Of a stretch of 64,000 nucleotides of DNA, positions 22,823-37,092 are shown in pieces. The translations under genes and the position numbers were made by a program. This DNA is from Squalus acanthias (lineage: Eukaryota), in the NCBI GenBank assembly GCA_030390025.1, contig CM059432.1:16990001-17054000 (forward strand), given 5' to 3'. The number at the start of each line of letters is the position of its first letter. The first letter of the stretch is position 1. The notes below the pieces were generated by a model, which saw only the letters and a program-made list of their open reading frames with translations, was not told where the DNA came from and made no database searches.

Positions 22823-24506
22823 GGCCAGAATTTCCCAGGGGGTCATCGGGCAGGATCGGTGGCGGGTCGGCTGGGAAATTAGATTTTTTTTGGCAGCGGG
22901 TCGGGATCCTGCCACAACGCGCCTTTCCCAATGTCGGGTCTGTCAGCGCTGAGCAGACACGGCGGGCGACCCGATTAAACTCATTACCATCTAATTGACA
23001 GATCATTAACAGGCTTTTTTAACTTACCTTTTCACTTTAACTTCATGGCCATGGGAACCATGCTGTTCGGGGACCACGGCTGTCAACCTGAGACGGAAGT
23101 TCAGTGGCCATTGCTCCAGCTGATTACTTGACAGCTTCAAATGTACAGTAAAAGCTCCCACCTATCAGATCATCACTTTCCTCAGCCACAAGCTGTTTCT
23201 GAGTTCATTTCCAGCACAGTATCTGCAGGCTTTCCACTTTCCACTCTCCGTTCACTCTTACCTCATTGGAAGAACTCTCTCACCATTGATAGAATGCTTC
23301 TGTCATCTCTACTTCACCTGCCATCTACTCCATCAACATGGGTGCCCTTTATACTGTCTCACCTTGGTCCTCAGAATCCGACCACAATCACCAGCAACAC
23401 CAACCTTCTCCGCAATCACCTGATGCTGCACAGGACAGAGGGCATCAGCACCCAAGCACATTGCTGATCGGGAGGCCAGGGATGGCCTCACCATGGCCAG
23501 ATTTACTTCACTTGACGCTGTACACCCTGGCTGCCACATGATGCGTCAGGTTGGCACCACCCCACACCAACACCATAAAGCATCCCTACAATGTCTAAGC
23601 CATTCCTTTTACACTCACCACCATTGCAGGGGGTACCGTTATGTCTCACCATTCACTGCAACTCACTAAGCCACTTCCAAAGGTGTACACAAATCTGTCC
23701 AAGAATGAAAAATGTTGAAAATAAAAGTTTCAATGTTTGATAGCACATTAACAGAAACTTTACATGAACATTGGATAAAACACCCAAGTGGCAACCCTTG
23801 TGTGTTGTTAGTTGATATGATTGGACTAGGATGAGGATGAGGGTGAGTGTGAGGGATGGCCAGTGAGATGGGGATGTGATAATGTAGCTAGAGAGAGAGG
23901 GATGGGTGAAGGTGCAAGGTAAGTTGGTGTGAGTAAGGATGTGCAGGGGTAGGGTAGGGAAGGCAGAGTGATGGGGATGTGATGAGAGGCACAGCAGGAT
24001 GAAGGTGAGTGTGGGTTTGTACTAACGTTTCGTGATCTAATGAGATCATTGAAAGTTTTGCACCACTGCACCCAGGTACTCCTGACGACATCCCTGCTTG
24101 TGCCCTCCTGTGCAATGTGCAACCAGGCTGTGTTGGTCTCCTGGGGAGGTCTCTTCCGCCCATCCCTGCGTGCTCTGAGGAGGGAGTCATGGGAGAACTT
24201 GAGTGCAGCCCTGCGCCTCTGTGCAGTGATTGTCGGTGTTTGCAGCATTTCAATGCAGTAGAACACTGACAGCACAAATGTTAAAAGGTGGCCATGATCC
24301 CTTTAAGGAAACCGGCTGATGACGCGTCATGAATGACGTCGCCAGACCCGCTTCCTCTAATTGGTCCGGGAAATGCGCTGGGCGGGCTTAACAAGCCCTA
24401 TCAATGTAAAATCATTTTCCAGAGCAGGATGGAGCCAGCAGCGGGGTCGGGACCTGCCACCGACGTCGCCCACCTTGGACCCACCGAGGTAAGGAAAATC
24501 TCGGCC
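22823..24506. mobile_element. Internally deleted Harbinger element (H2)
   Basis: Imperfect TIRs GGCCAGAATTTCC / GGAAAATCTCGGCC, TSD AAA; minus-strand Myb/SANT exon RRAALKFSHDSL...AWLHIAQE...TWVQWCKTFNDL (about 24030-24230). Confidence 0.75.
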
Positions 24507-24664
24507 AAACAGTTTGAACATCCCAAGATAAATCCAAACAACAGTATTTGCATGAAAGATACTTAAATGGGTTCCCTTCCTGACTCCTTGATTCTGAGAT
24601 GACCCTTTTCCTATTTTCTTTCTTGTCATTCAGAGGTTTCTTGGCCAGACCGAATCAGACCAGA

Positions 24665-27087
24665 CCAGTTAGAGGGGGCAAGGGAGGAGATAGCAGAGGC
24701 ACTATTGCATGTATATGAGGATTTATTGGAAAGGGGAATAGTGCCAGAAGGCGGGCGGACAGCTAATGTTACACCTATATTTAAAAAGGGAGATAAAACA
24801 AGTCCGGGGAACTATAGACCAGTTAGTTTGATATCGGTGGCAGGAAAAATAATGGAATCTTTACTGAAAGATATAATAGAAAAACATCTAGAAATCAAAA
24901 GTATAATAAAGAATAGTCAGCACGGATTCAAAAGGGAAGTTCATGCTTGACCAACCTTATTGAAGTCTTTGAATAAGTAACAGAAAGAGTAGACAAGGAT
25001 AATGTAGTAGATGTAATATATTTGGATTTGCAAAAGGCCTTCAATAAGATACTGCAGAGTAGACTCATGACTAAGGTCAGAGCATGTGGAGTCAGGGGAC
25101 AAGTAGCAGAATGGATAGCAAGCTGGCTACAGAACAGAAAACAGAGAGTAGGGGTTAAGCGTAGCTACTCAGATTGGTAAAAGGTGGGAAGTGGCATTCC
25201 ACAAGGCTTGGTGCTGGGACACTGTCCACAATTTATAAAAATGATTTGGACTTGGGAAGCCGAAGTACAATTTCAAAACTTGCGGATGACACCAAATTGG
25301 GGGGTATAGCTAATATTGAGAAAGACAGCGACAAAATAAAAGAGGACATTAATAAATAAGCTGAATGGCTGTGTATTGGCAAATTAATTTCAATTTATCG
25401 AAGTGTTACATTTCAGTAAGAAGAATAAGGAAGCCACGTACTGTGTGGAAAATAAGGGGGGGAAATTCTGTTGGTTAGTGCCTCCCGTTAGCGCCTCTGG
25501 GGGGCGCTAACGGGGCGCTAGGAATTTAGCACCCAAGCGTGGTGATTTTAGTGCTGCTTGCAAAATTGAGCAGTCATTTTGCGGCGCCGCTAAACACTAC
25601 CTCCACGATCTCCTGCGCCAGCAGATCGTGACGTCAGTCGAGTGTGCAACGCCCCGGTAGCGCCCCGGACCGGAAATTGAGTCGCGCCCCCTACCTTAGC
25701 GCCTGCCGCTATGAGCGATAGGTAGAGGGGAACGTTTTCAAGTCGGGAAGGGGCTGGGGGAGCGCTATTTAAAGGTGTGCGCTTCCTGCTTTTTCTTGTC
25801 AGCAAAGTTTTTGGTACACACAGGTTGAGAGGGAGAGAGACGTCTGGGGAGATTTAATGCTGTCCTGAGAAGTTTGGACCTCAGCACCACTTTTGAGGTT
25901 CCTAAGCGCCGAGTTCTATCCCTGAGCCTATCCATTAGTGCTTCCAACACAATTGCTTTCGAGGTCTCTCCAGGCCGAGATTCAAGGCTGCAATGAGCAG
26001 GGTGTGGCTGGCCAGCAAAATGGCCCCTCCCCTTTAAGAACTGGACAGTGCCAGTCTGTCTGACTTCCATGGTAACTGACCACCTGAGTTTCGGTAGCAT
26101 TCTCAGGTAACGTCTCGCTCCCCGATGTTAGCGCCTTAAGAGAGGTGTGTAGCGCTTGATTTAGTGCTCAAATCATCTCCAGGGGCGATAGAGGCGAATT
26201 TTGCAGTCGGAGGCGATAATTAGTGCTCGAAAATGGGCGATGTCCAATTTTTCCCCCTAAGAGTCTAAATGGGGTAGAGGTGTGAAGGGATCTAGGGGTA
26301 CAGATACACAAATCACTAAAAGTAGCAATGCATGTTAATAAGGCTATAAAAGAAGCAAACAAAGCACTGAAGTTCATTTCCAGAGGGATAGAACTGAAGA
26401 GCAGAGAAGTTATGTTAAACTTGTCTCGAACCTTGGTTAGACCACACTTCTGTGCACAGTTCTGGTCTCCATATTATAAAAAGGATCGTGACATTGGAGA
26501 AGGTGCAAAAAAAGATTTACAAGGATGATACCAGAGCTGAGAGGATATACTTATCAGGAAAGGCTGAATAGGCTGGGCACTTTTCTCTCGAAAAAAGGCT
26601 GAGGGGTGACCTAATAAAGGTCTTTAAATTTATGAAGGGGTTTGATAGGGTAGACGTAATAGAAAAAATGTACCCACTTGTGGGGGAGACCAAAACTAGA
26701 GGCCATTAATATTAGGTAGCACCAAAAAATCCAATAGGGAATTCAGGAGAAACTTCTTTATCCAGAGTGGTAAGAATGTGGAATTCGCTATCACAACGAG
26801 TAGTTGAGGCGAATAGCATAGATGCATTTAACGGGAAGCTAGATAAGCAAATGAGGGAGAAAGGACTAGATGGATATGCTGATAGAATTGAAGATCAGAG
26901 AAATTATGTTAAACTCGTATCGAACTTTGGTTAGACCACACTTGTGCACGGTTCTGGTCTCCATATTATAAAAAGGATAGGGGCACTGGAGATGACGCGA
27001 GGTGGGAGGAGTATTGTGTTCAGCATAAACGCTGGAATAGACCAGTTGGGCTGAATGGCTGTTTCTGTGCTGTAAATTCTATGTAAT
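24665..27087 (+). mobile_element. Degenerate CR1 LINE, 5'-truncated, split by a MITE
   Basis: ANVTPIFKKG...[28 protein letters not shown]; 3' tail ctgtgctgtaaattctatg. Confidence 0.85.
25456..26257. mobile_element. Harbinger-type MITE, subtype B
   Basis: TIRs GGGGGGGAAATT / AATTTTTCCCCC, TSD TAA; host CR1 rejoins across it. Confidence 0.88.
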
Positions 27088-27669
27088 TACCCTCCAGAAT
27101 GTTATTTCACTTGTGAACCAGGCCCTCACTATCCATTGTGGATCACTTGGTCTTGTTGTGGGTCTCTCTTTCTGCTGCTGGTCTGCTTTCAGGGCAATCT
27201 TCCTCTTTGGGGTGCTCTCAGGTCTTTTCTCCCTCTATGGATTGCTCTCAGCACTCACTTAAATATTTAGTGTTGAAATAGAAATGATATCAACACCAGT
27301 TAAATTAAATCATTAAGTGCCTACGGGTTTGAATATAACTGTTATTTTACTTTGACTGATTCAAAGTTTATTTCTGTCATATATTTATTAAGTAATGTTA
27401 GCTTTTAACTGTAGAACTGTGCTTCCTCATTTATTTAGTAAATAGAGTACAGTGGAACCTATAAGTTAAAACTGACTGCCAAGCAAGTAAAAACCAAGTG
27501 TTCAGATTAACTAATTTGTTGATATTAGCTTATCTCTGGTCTTTCAAATAATCAGGATCGAGTGCAAACCAATATGCTGGGTATATTACGTTTAATTGGA
27601 GTTTAAGACGGAATATAACACACTAGTTATACAGCAAAAACATACGACCATGACAAACAGCTGGTACGG

Positions 27670-30600
27670 GTCAGCCCCTCAAAATCAGCTTTTCTCCAAT
27701 CTATTAACCTGGTCTTCGTCATACTTATGTCCTTCTCAATTATCATCTTAAAGCGTATTATATTATGGTCACTATTGCCTAGATGTTCCCCTACTTTTAC
27801 TTCTCTTATCTGCTCTCGTTCATTCCCTATTACTAGTTCCAATAGCGAATCCTCCCTTGTTGGGCTTTTTACATATTGGGTTAGGAAGGAGTCCTGTACA
27901 CATTGTAGGAACTCTATTCCCTTATCCCCTTTACCTCTTCTGTCCAATTAATATCGGGGTAGTTGAAATCCCCCATGATTATTATTCTATGTTTTTTACT
28001 CATTTCCTTAATTTGTCTGCATATTTCTTCCTCCACCTCCCTTCCACTATTAGGTGGTCTGTAGACTACGCCTATTAGTGTGATTGATCCTTTATTATCT
28101 TTTATCTCTATCCATATGGATTCTATTTTTTTAATTCGTTTATGGGATGTGGGCGTCACTGGCAAGGCCAGCATTTATTGCCCATCCCTAATTGCCCTTG
28201 AGGAGGTGGTGGTGAACCACTGCAGTCCGTGTGGTGAAGATAGTCCCACAGTGCTGTTAGGTAGGGAGTTCCAGGATTTTGACCCAGCGACGTTGAAGGA
28301 GTGGCGATATACTTCTAAATCAGGATGGTGTGTGACTTGGAGGGGAACTTGGAGGTGGTGGTGTTCCCATGCGCCTGTTGCCCTTGTCCTTCTAGGTGGA
28401 AGAGGTCGCGGATTTGGGAGGAGCTGCCGAAGAAGCCTTGGTGAGTTGCTGCAGTGCATCTTGTAGATGGTACACACTACAGCCACAGTACGCCGGTGTT
28501 GGAGGGAGTGAATGTTTAAGGTGGTGGATGGGGTGCCAATCAAGCGGGCTGCTTTGTCCTGGATGGTGTCGAGCTTCTTGAGTGTTGTTGCAGCTGCACT
28601 CATCCAGGCAAGTGGAGAGTATTCCATCACACTCCTTACTTGTGCCTTGTAGATGGTGGAAAGGCTTTGGGGAGCCAGGAGGTGAGACACTCGCCGCAGA
28701 AACCTAGCCTCTGACCTGCTCTTGTTGCCACAGTATTTATGTGGCTGGTCCAGTTAAGTTTCTGGTCAATGGTGACACCCAGGATGTTGATTGTGGGGGA
28801 TTTGGTGATAGTAATGCCATTGAATGTCAAGGGCCGGTGGTTAGACTCTCGCTTGTTGGAGATAGTCATTGCCTGGCACTTGTGTGGCGCGAATGTTACC
28901 TGCCACTTATCAGCCCAAGCCTGAACATCGTCCAGGTCTTGTTGCATGTGGGCATGGACTGCTTCATTATCTGAGGAGTTGTGAATGGCGCTGAACACTG
29001 TGCAGTCATCAGCGAACATCCCCATTTCTGACCTTATGTTGGAGGGAAAGTCATTGATGAAGCAGCTGAAGATGGTTGGGCCTAGGACATTGCCCTGAGG
29101 AACTCCTGCAGCGATGTCCTGGGGCTGTGATAACTGACTTTCAACCACCACAACCATCTTCCTTTATGCTAGGTATGACTCCAGCCAGTGGAGAGTTTCT
29201 CACCCCCGATTCCCATTGACTTCAGTTTTACTAGGGCTCCTTGATGCCACACTCGGTCAAATGCTGCCTTGATGTCAAGGGCAGTCACTCTCACCTCACC
29301 TCTGGAATTCAGTTCCTTTGTCCATGTTTGGACCAAGGCTGTAATGAGCTCAGGAGCCGAGTGGTCTTGGCGAAACCCAAACTGGGCATCAGTGAGCAGG
29401 TTATTGGTGAGTAAGTGCCACTTGATAGTACTGTTGACACCTTCCATCACTTTGCTGATGATTTTGTCTTGCTGAAAGCTGCGTCACTTTTTTCTACTGC
29501 CATAATGTTATCCCTACTAAGTACAGCTACTTCACCTCCCCTTTTTCCCTCTCTATCTTTTCTAAATATGTTATACCCTGCAATGTTTAATTCTCAGTCC
29601 TGCTTTTTCTGTAGCCATGTCTCCTACAAGTCTGGTTCCTCGCAACGCATGATTGCCTCCAGCTCCCCTATTTTATTATGGACACGGTGTGCATTGCTGT
29701 ACAGACAGTTTAACTCATTTTTAATAGGATTTCCTCTCACTTTATGTTTAACCATCTTTTTAGACTCCTGTTCTATAACTCTATTTATTCGTTTGTCATC
29801 AATGTCCTCCCTTACTTTATTCTTTCCAATGCTCTCTTTACCTGTTTTGTTTGTATTTCGGCTGGTTACGTTTCTTGTAGATCCCTCCCCCCATCTTACT
29901 AGTTTAAAGCCTTTGCCACCTCCCTATTTACCCTTTTCGCTTGGACACGGGTCCCATCCCAGTTCAGGTGGAACCCGTCCCATCGGTACAGCTCCTTCCT
30001 GTCCCAGAACTGGTGCCAGTGTCCCATGAAAAGGAACCCCTCTTTCCCACACCAGCCCTTTAGCCATGTGTTAATTCTTCTGATCTGTCTGTTTCTATGC
30101 CAATTTGCACATGGCTCGGGTAATAATCCAGAGATTATTACCCTCGAGGTCCTGCTTTTTAATTTAGAGCCTAACTCCTGATACTCTTTCAGCAGGACCT
30201 CCTCCCTGTTCCTACCTATGTTGTTTGTTCCAACATGGACCATGACAACTAGATTTACCCCCTCCATTTCCAAGTTTCTCTCCAGCTGCCATGAGATATC
30301 CCTTACCCGGGAAGGCAACACACCCTTCAGGATTCTTGTTTTTGGCTGCAGAGGACACTATCTATCCCCCTAACTATAGAGTCCCCTATCATTACCACAT
30401 TTCTATTCTGCTCTTCCCCCCCCCTTGGACAGCCTTCTGAGTCACGGTGCCTTGGTCTGCATTGTGGCTGTCCTCCCTGCAGTCTTTCTCCTTGTCCTCA
30501 CAGGTCACGAGTACATCGTACCTGTTAGACAGGACCAGTGTCTGCGGGACCTCCTTCTCAACCTCTCCTAAATCCCTGCTACCCAGCTCCCTAACAGTCA

Positions 30601-30960
30601 CACCCTCCCTTTCCTGAACCTGTGCTTTCCTCTGGATTCTGGATAAAACTGTCCAAAAATTCACCCCCCTCCCTTATGTGTCGGAGTGTCTCCAACTCGC
30701 ACTCCAGTTCAATGACTCTGAGCTGGAGAGATTCGAGATGGAGACATCTCCTGCAGACGTGTCCGCTCAGGACAGTCTCGCTGTCCACAAACTCCCACAT
30801 ACTGCAGTCCAGACACACAACCTGCCCTGCCATATCTTAGTCTAGCCTTATTTTATTTATTTAATTAGTTAAAGTCTTTATTCAGTGATTATTTGTAGTT
30901 ATATTAATTAGTTTAACTAGTTAAGCTATAAATTTAATTCGGTACGTTATAGTTTCCCGG
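27670..30960 (-). mobile_element. CR1 LINE 5' part (ORF1 and endonuclease), 3'-deleted
   Basis: ORF1 starts at 30833 (MAGQVVCLDCSMWE...CRRC zinc finger and leucine zipper); SGNH esterase VHVGTNN...DGFHLN; ORF2 VVYRPPN, MGDFNYP, SDHN. Confidence 0.9.
28127..29460 (-). mobile_element. LINE family B, 5'-truncated, inside CR1 ORF2
   Basis: QFGFR, LDIKAAFDRVWH, VPQGNVLGP, MFADD, MEYSPLAW; poly(T) at the left end. Confidence 0.9.
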
Positions 30961-31449
30961 TCCGAGTTTAAACCACTGTCACAATCATTCGCGTCACAAT
31001 TTCATTCGCATAATCATATACATTTTAGATATCCCTAATTTCTAACAAAGGGAAGTGGTACTTATAATACAGCCTATGGGCATTTGTAATCCTTCCTGCT
31101 TCCCCTCCCATATTTCTCAGCTATCACCCACCGCAGACTTTCTGCTGTGTATCTGTGGCTTTGTTCCAGACCAGTTTGGGCATCATGTGTAGCACTGTTC
31201 CTTCTTTAGACAGAAAGCAATGCAAGCTATGGGGACACAGGCTATACATAAATATTCCTAACACAATTGATGATGCTATTAAAATTGAAGATCGATTTGT
31301 TTGAAGAGTTCCTTCGCAGATTTTGGGATAGCCACACCTTTCAATAGAATTTACTTGCTTTCTGTCCTACTAAACCTGCCCTTTCAGCTGTATCAGTGCC
31401 TTCTTGCTGCTTTGTTGCTGATTCAGGTAGTTTAGTATTATATATTTAT

Positions 31450-33660
31450 CTGATTATTTGACAATTCTCAAGTAGCCTGGATTTCCAGAACAAACATAAA
31501 TAGATTGCAATAAAAAATTTGTTCCATTTGTTACTGTGATAAAAATGCATAACAGCAGATGTTATGCATAGCTGAGATAATTCTCGACTCTCCCCTCCTG
31601 CAAGGTTGAAAACCTTTTTGGAGCAGATGTGGTGAGAAATTTCCTCATACTTCTTTATTTTCAAACCTGGTAACATGTATCTGGAAGATAATTTACCAGA
31701 CTATAGAGCTCTTTTTAAATTGTTTTTGTGCTATGTTTGTGCTGCTGGTTCTTGACATATGGGGGGAAAAATTCAGTTGGTTGCGCCTCCCGTTAGCGCC
31801 TTAAGAGGGCGCTAATGGGGTGCAAAGCATCTAGCACCCAGGCGCGGCGAAGTTTGTGCCGCTCGCGAAATTAACTAGACATTTTGCGGCGGCGCTAAAC
31901 ACTACCGCCACGATCTCCTGCGCCGGCAGATTGTGACGTCAGTCGAGTGCGCAACGCCCCGGAGCGGAAATTGAGTGGCGCCCCCTGCCTTACCGCCTGA
32001 CGCTAGCAATGACAGGTTGAGGGGAGCGTTCTGCAGTCATGAAGGGAAAGGGGGAGCGCTATTTAAAGGTGACCGCTTCCTGCCTTTTATTGTTGGTGCC
32101 ATTTTTGAACTACGCATTCTGAGAGAGAGAGAGAGAGAGAGAGACTTCTGGAGAGATTCAACGTTGTGTGAAGGAGTTTTGGGTACTGAGCAGCACTTTG
32201 CAGGTTCATTTTGATCTGCCATTCCTTGTATCGATTTAGAAGAGTCTGTGGGGGCTGCACTCTGAGCTCTTTGCCTGGTGCTCTCCATTGTTCTTTCCAG
32301 CAGATTTGATGTGCAGGTCTCTCTAGGCCGAGATTCAAGGCTGCAATGAGCAGGATGTGGATGGAAAGCAAGATTAACCATCCCCTTTAAGAACTGGCCC
32401 GGGCCATTGTGTGTGTGTTCCATTGCTGACTGACATCACATGAGCTTCGCCAGCGCTCTGAGGTAGCGCCTCGCTCCTCGGCCTTTGCGCCTTAAGACAG
32501 GTGTGAAGCGCCTGATTTAGCGCTCCAATCACCTCCAGGGGCGATAAAAGTCAAGTTTGCAGTCGGTGGCGATAATTAGCGCCAGGCGCTAATCTTTGCG
32601 CCCGGCCGATAATTGCGGCCCAAATGGGGCGATACTGAATTTCTCCCCCATGGGGTTTTTAATGAATCTTTCTGGGAGTGATTCATCATTAAGCACACTA
32701 TTGAAATGTTGATGCAGCATTTCAGGTGTCTGGATCAATCTGGGGCATCCTGCAATACAGCTCAGCTAAGGTTTCAAGGAATGTTGCCTACTGCACAAAT
32801 TTGTCCTGCAAAGAGGCATCATCAAAGATGTCCTGGAGGAGGAAGGCCCCTACGCACAGCAAGGAAACCACCAAAAGGAGCAGGAGGTGCCCAAAGCAGA
32901 TGCAGCGCTTAACCCCATTCAGGAAGTTTTCAGCAGTCGACTTCCTTTTTACTTTGAAATCTTGCCACTGCACCAACAATCCTGTCCACATCTCTGCCAT
33001 TCTCTCCAAAAATATACCTTTACCTACATTACCTTAAATTTTCCCAGTAACTCTCACATGTCACATTCCTACCACCTGATTTAAACATGCTTGAAAACCT
33101 TTACGAGAACACTCTCTGCATACAAAACTGCAGTGCAACCAGACTGTTAGTCTCAAACCATGTTGTGTGTCACTGCCTTGTGTTTGCTTCCACAGTGCTT
33201 CCTCTTGGTGGCAGTTCGTGATTGCATGCTTTTAAATCTCGTCTTGTACTTTATTTATGTCCAACCTCAGTGGCAGGAGTATGTGATGTAGCTAACTGCT
33301 GTGTGTACGCAAGAACCTCTTGGGATTGAAGTGCCCTTACCTTCTTCCAACTGATGGCCAGAATGAACCTGCTGCAGACTGGAATAGTTCCTCTACCTCC
33401 ATAGGCAGCTTGGCCCTGCATGCTTTCTGCCACATCTGTAGGCATTGGAGTGTGCTGCGAGGAGTGTTTAGATGCGTTCATATCCTGAGGAACACCATCA
33501 TCGTCCATGCCCATACCAGCTATGTCGCTGATGGTTGCAACCTCATGAAGGCCACTGATCAGCATGACAGCAGTTCAAATAGCACTGACAGCAGTGTGGT
33601 CACAGTTCTCTCTAACTGATTTCAAGTCTGTTGAAGCCAGGTAGGATAGCCAGGTATCTG
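31450..33660. mobile_element. Ancient Harbinger relic (H3), split by a MITE
   Basis: Plus strand 32660-32830 gives TIEMLMQHFRCLDQSG / ILQYSSAKVSR, matching the HARBI1-like C-terminus (TIGLLKQRFRCL...LQYSP); outer limits uncertain. Confidence 0.5.
31762..32649. mobile_element. Harbinger-type MITE, subtype B
   Basis: TIRs GGGGGAAAAATTCAGT / ACTGAATTTCTCCCCC, TSD ATG, internal (GA)n; similar to 25456-26257. Confidence 0.88.
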
Positions 33661-33664
33661 TGTC

Positions 33665-34185
33665 AGCAGGGGGAGAGGGGAGAAGAGGAAAAGGAGGAGG
33701 AAGGGGATGAGAAGGCAGAGGGTAAAAGGAAGGAGAGAGAGAGAATGAGGGAGAGAGGGGACTAGGATTAAGGTAGAGGGTGGGGAGTAAGAGAGAGGGA
33801 GGGGAGGAAAAGGGAGGCGCGGGATGAGAGAAAGAGTGCAAAGGGGTGGAGGAGGAGGGTTGGTGGTGTGGAAGACACGAGGGGAGGGGTAGGGAGCAGG
33901 GAGATGTGAGAGGGAGGAAGGGCGGGAGAAAGGAAGGAGAGAAGAGTTTGGGTCAAATGGAAGAGGTAGAGGATAGGGTCATTTTAACATTCTTCTCCTC
34001 TGCTCCCTCTTCTTCCAGTTCCTTTCCTCCCTCTTTCTCTCATCTCCCTTTTACTGGCTCCTTACATCTCCCACTCCCTCTTCCCCTTTCTCCGTTTTCT
34101 CTCCTCCCCTTTCCATCTCTCCTCCCCTTCCCGACCTCTTCTCCCTCCCCATTCTTGGTCCTCCCCTCCCCTTCTCCGTCCTCTT
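33665..34185. repeat. Purine-rich tract followed by pyrimidine-rich tract
   Basis: G/A-rich 33665-33980, C/T-rich 33990-34185. Confidence 0.8.
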
Positions 34186-35130
34186 GACTGGTTGCTCTTA
34201 TTATGTCGGGGGTGAGGAGGGTGGGGAGGGGAGTTGGGCTGCATCTACTTGAGAACCAAGCCACTATGGGGGTGCTTGAGAACCTTGTGAGCAGTATGGT
34301 TGATAACGGGTCAAATGCGATTCAGGTGCTGCTGCTAATTGTGCTCAAGGGCGGGAGGGTGGCTTGAGAATCTGGTCAGTGGGGAGCGGGTAGGTTGTTG
34401 GAGATCCTGCTCAGTGAGGTGTGGTGGGGTGGGGTGATAACTTAAAATTTTCTTTCAACTTTAGAGCTAGAATTATGCAGTTTATGTGTCCTTGAGTTGC
34501 TTATATGATTTGGGTAACGATTTTGGCTTCTGCGGGATGACTTGGGTGGAGTACTACCTGCAATGAGGGGGATGTATTGGGCTGCAGGTTGCACTGTAGA
34601 GTGGAAACATGGGGAGGCCTTTGCCTTAGGCCAATAGATTATGGCATTTAACATTCCAATTAGATTATTCACAATTATTTAACCTCATTGGGCTATTTTG
34701 TTCTTTAGAGAATGTATTTTGTTGCACCAATTCTTAGATCACTACTGACTGACGAGGATATGAAGGGGTAAGATTTGATTTCAACTTGAGGGGTTAAAAA
34801 AAAATCAACAGAATTTAGATTTGAAATGAAAAAAGACCGAGGGCTAGAAATTCGTTATAGTCAAGAAATCGTTCTCATTAAAATGATTGCCATCATGATT
34901 CTAGTCTAAAAACCCAAGCTCATTGGCATTACACTGAAAAGCTTTATTCGTTACAGTTTATTTGTTTTAGTGCACCCAACCAAAAGAGTACACTGAAAAG
35001 CTCGACCAATACTGGGAGCAGTCTAATTGCAAGTCATGATTGCCACAGGCTTTTTTCACTACTTAAAGGGGAGGTTCATTAATGCTGTAGTACCTCATTC
35101 TCATCATTGTTGGGTGTGCAGCTGCCAAAC

Positions 35131-35188
35131 AAGCAGAAGAAGAAGCAGAAGAAGAAGAAGAAGCAGAAGCAGAAGCAGAAGCAGAAGA
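35131..35188 (+). repeat. (GCAGAA)n/(GAA)n microsatellite
   Basis: Directly visible, about 20 bp upstream of the Myb/SANT ATG. Confidence 0.9.
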
Positions 35189-36097
35189 ATCAGTTGCTAA
35201 CAAATCGTGATGGCAGATCATTGCCCCAAGGAGAAAGCCCGGAGGTTCTCCGATGAAGCGTCGGAGGCTTTGGATTTCACGGTCGAGAGAGGACCCACAG
35301 CCAGTGCAGGAAGAAGTTTAACGTCAGGTGAGTGAATGCTTCAACAAATGCTACATACCACCATTTGTACCACAAGTTTCACACACTGCTCAATGCACCA
35401 CACGCCCAGCACTCACCCACCAACAATCTCTACCTAGCAACACTCACACCCACATCTCACACCTTGCACACAATGACAGCTATTCAACTATGCCAGGCAC
35501 ATCACCCAAACACATTGCACCACACTCACACACTTTCCTTTCTTTTGCAGGCCAAGGTGGCTCACAACTGGAGGGAGCAGGAGCGAACAGGCGGGGGCCA
35601 AGCCCACATTGAACAGCTGAGCCAGCTGGAGAGTAGAATCAGAGAAAAATTACGACACAGAAGAAGACCATTCGGCCCATCGTGTGCGTGACGATTGGAA
35701 AAGAGCTACCCAGCCTAATCCCACCTTCCAGCACTAGGTCTGTAGCCCTGTAGGTTATGGCTCTTCAAGTGCACATCCAAGTACTTTTTAAAAGTGATGA
35801 GGGTTTCTGCCTCTACTACCCTTTCCTGACAGTGAGTTCCAGACCCCCACCACCCTTTGGGTGAAATTTTTTTTCCTTATCTCCCCTCTAATCCTTCTAC
35901 CAATTACTTTAAATCTATGCTCCCGGTTCTTGACCCCTCTGCTAAGGGAAATAGGTCCTTCCTATCCACTCTATCTAGGCCCCTCATAATTTTATACATC
36001 TCAATTAAATCTCCCCTCAGCCTCCTCTGTTCCAAGGAAAACACACCCAGCCTATCCAATCTTTCCTTATAGCTAATGTTTTCCAACCCTGGCAACA

Positions 36098-37053
36098 GTA
36101 AAACTAAGTCAATGGGAATCGGGGGGAAAACTCTCCACTGGCTGGAGTCATACCTAGCACAAAGGAAGATGGTTGTGGTGGTTGGTGGTCAATCATCACA
36201 GCCCCAGGACATCGCTGCAGGAGCTCCTCAGGGCAGTATCCTAGGCCCAACCATCTTCAGCTGCTTCATCAATGACCTTCCCTCCAACATAAGGTCAAAA
36301 ATGGGGAAGTTCGATGAGTCTAACCACCGCCCCTTGACATTCGACACATTACCATCGCCGATTCTCCCACCATCGACATCCTGGGGGTAACCATTGACCA
36401 GAAACTTAACTGGACCAGCCACATAAATACTGTGGCAACAAGAGCAGGTCAGAGGCTAGGTATTCTGTGGCGAGTGTCTCACCTCCTGACTCCCCATAGC
36501 CTTTCCATCATCTACAAGGCACAAGTAAGGGGTGTGATGGAATACTCTCCACTTGCCTGGATGAGTGCAGCTGCAACAACACTCAAGAAGCTCGACACCA
36601 TCCAGGACAAAGCAGCCCGCTTGATTGGCCCCCCCATCCACCACCTTAAACATTCACTCCCTCCACCACCAGCGTACCGTGGCTGCAGTGTGTACCATCT
36701 ACAAGATACACTGCAGCAACTCGCCAAGGCTCCTTCGGCAGCACCTCTCAAACCCGTGACCTCTACCACCTGGAAGGACAAGGGCAGCAAGCGCATGGGA
36801 ACACCACCACCTCCAAGTTCTCCATCCAAGTCACACACCATCCTGACTTGGAAGTATATCACCATTCCTTCATCGTCACTAGGTCAAAATCCTGGAACAC
36901 CCTCCCTAACAGCACTGTGGGAGTACTTTCACCACATGGACTGCAGCGGTTCAAGAAGGCGGCTCACCACCACCTTCTCAAGGGCAATTAGGGATGAGCA
37001 ATAAATGCTGGCCTTGCCAGCGACGTCCAGATCCCATGAACGAATAAAAAAAA
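36098..37053 (+). mobile_element. LINE family B, truncated, with internal deletion near 36310
   Basis: WLESYLAQRKM...PQGSILGP, MEYSPLAW, poly(A) tail. Confidence 0.88.
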
Positions 37054-37092
37054 CGTCCTCGTAAATCTCCTCTGCACCCTCTCCAGTGCAAT

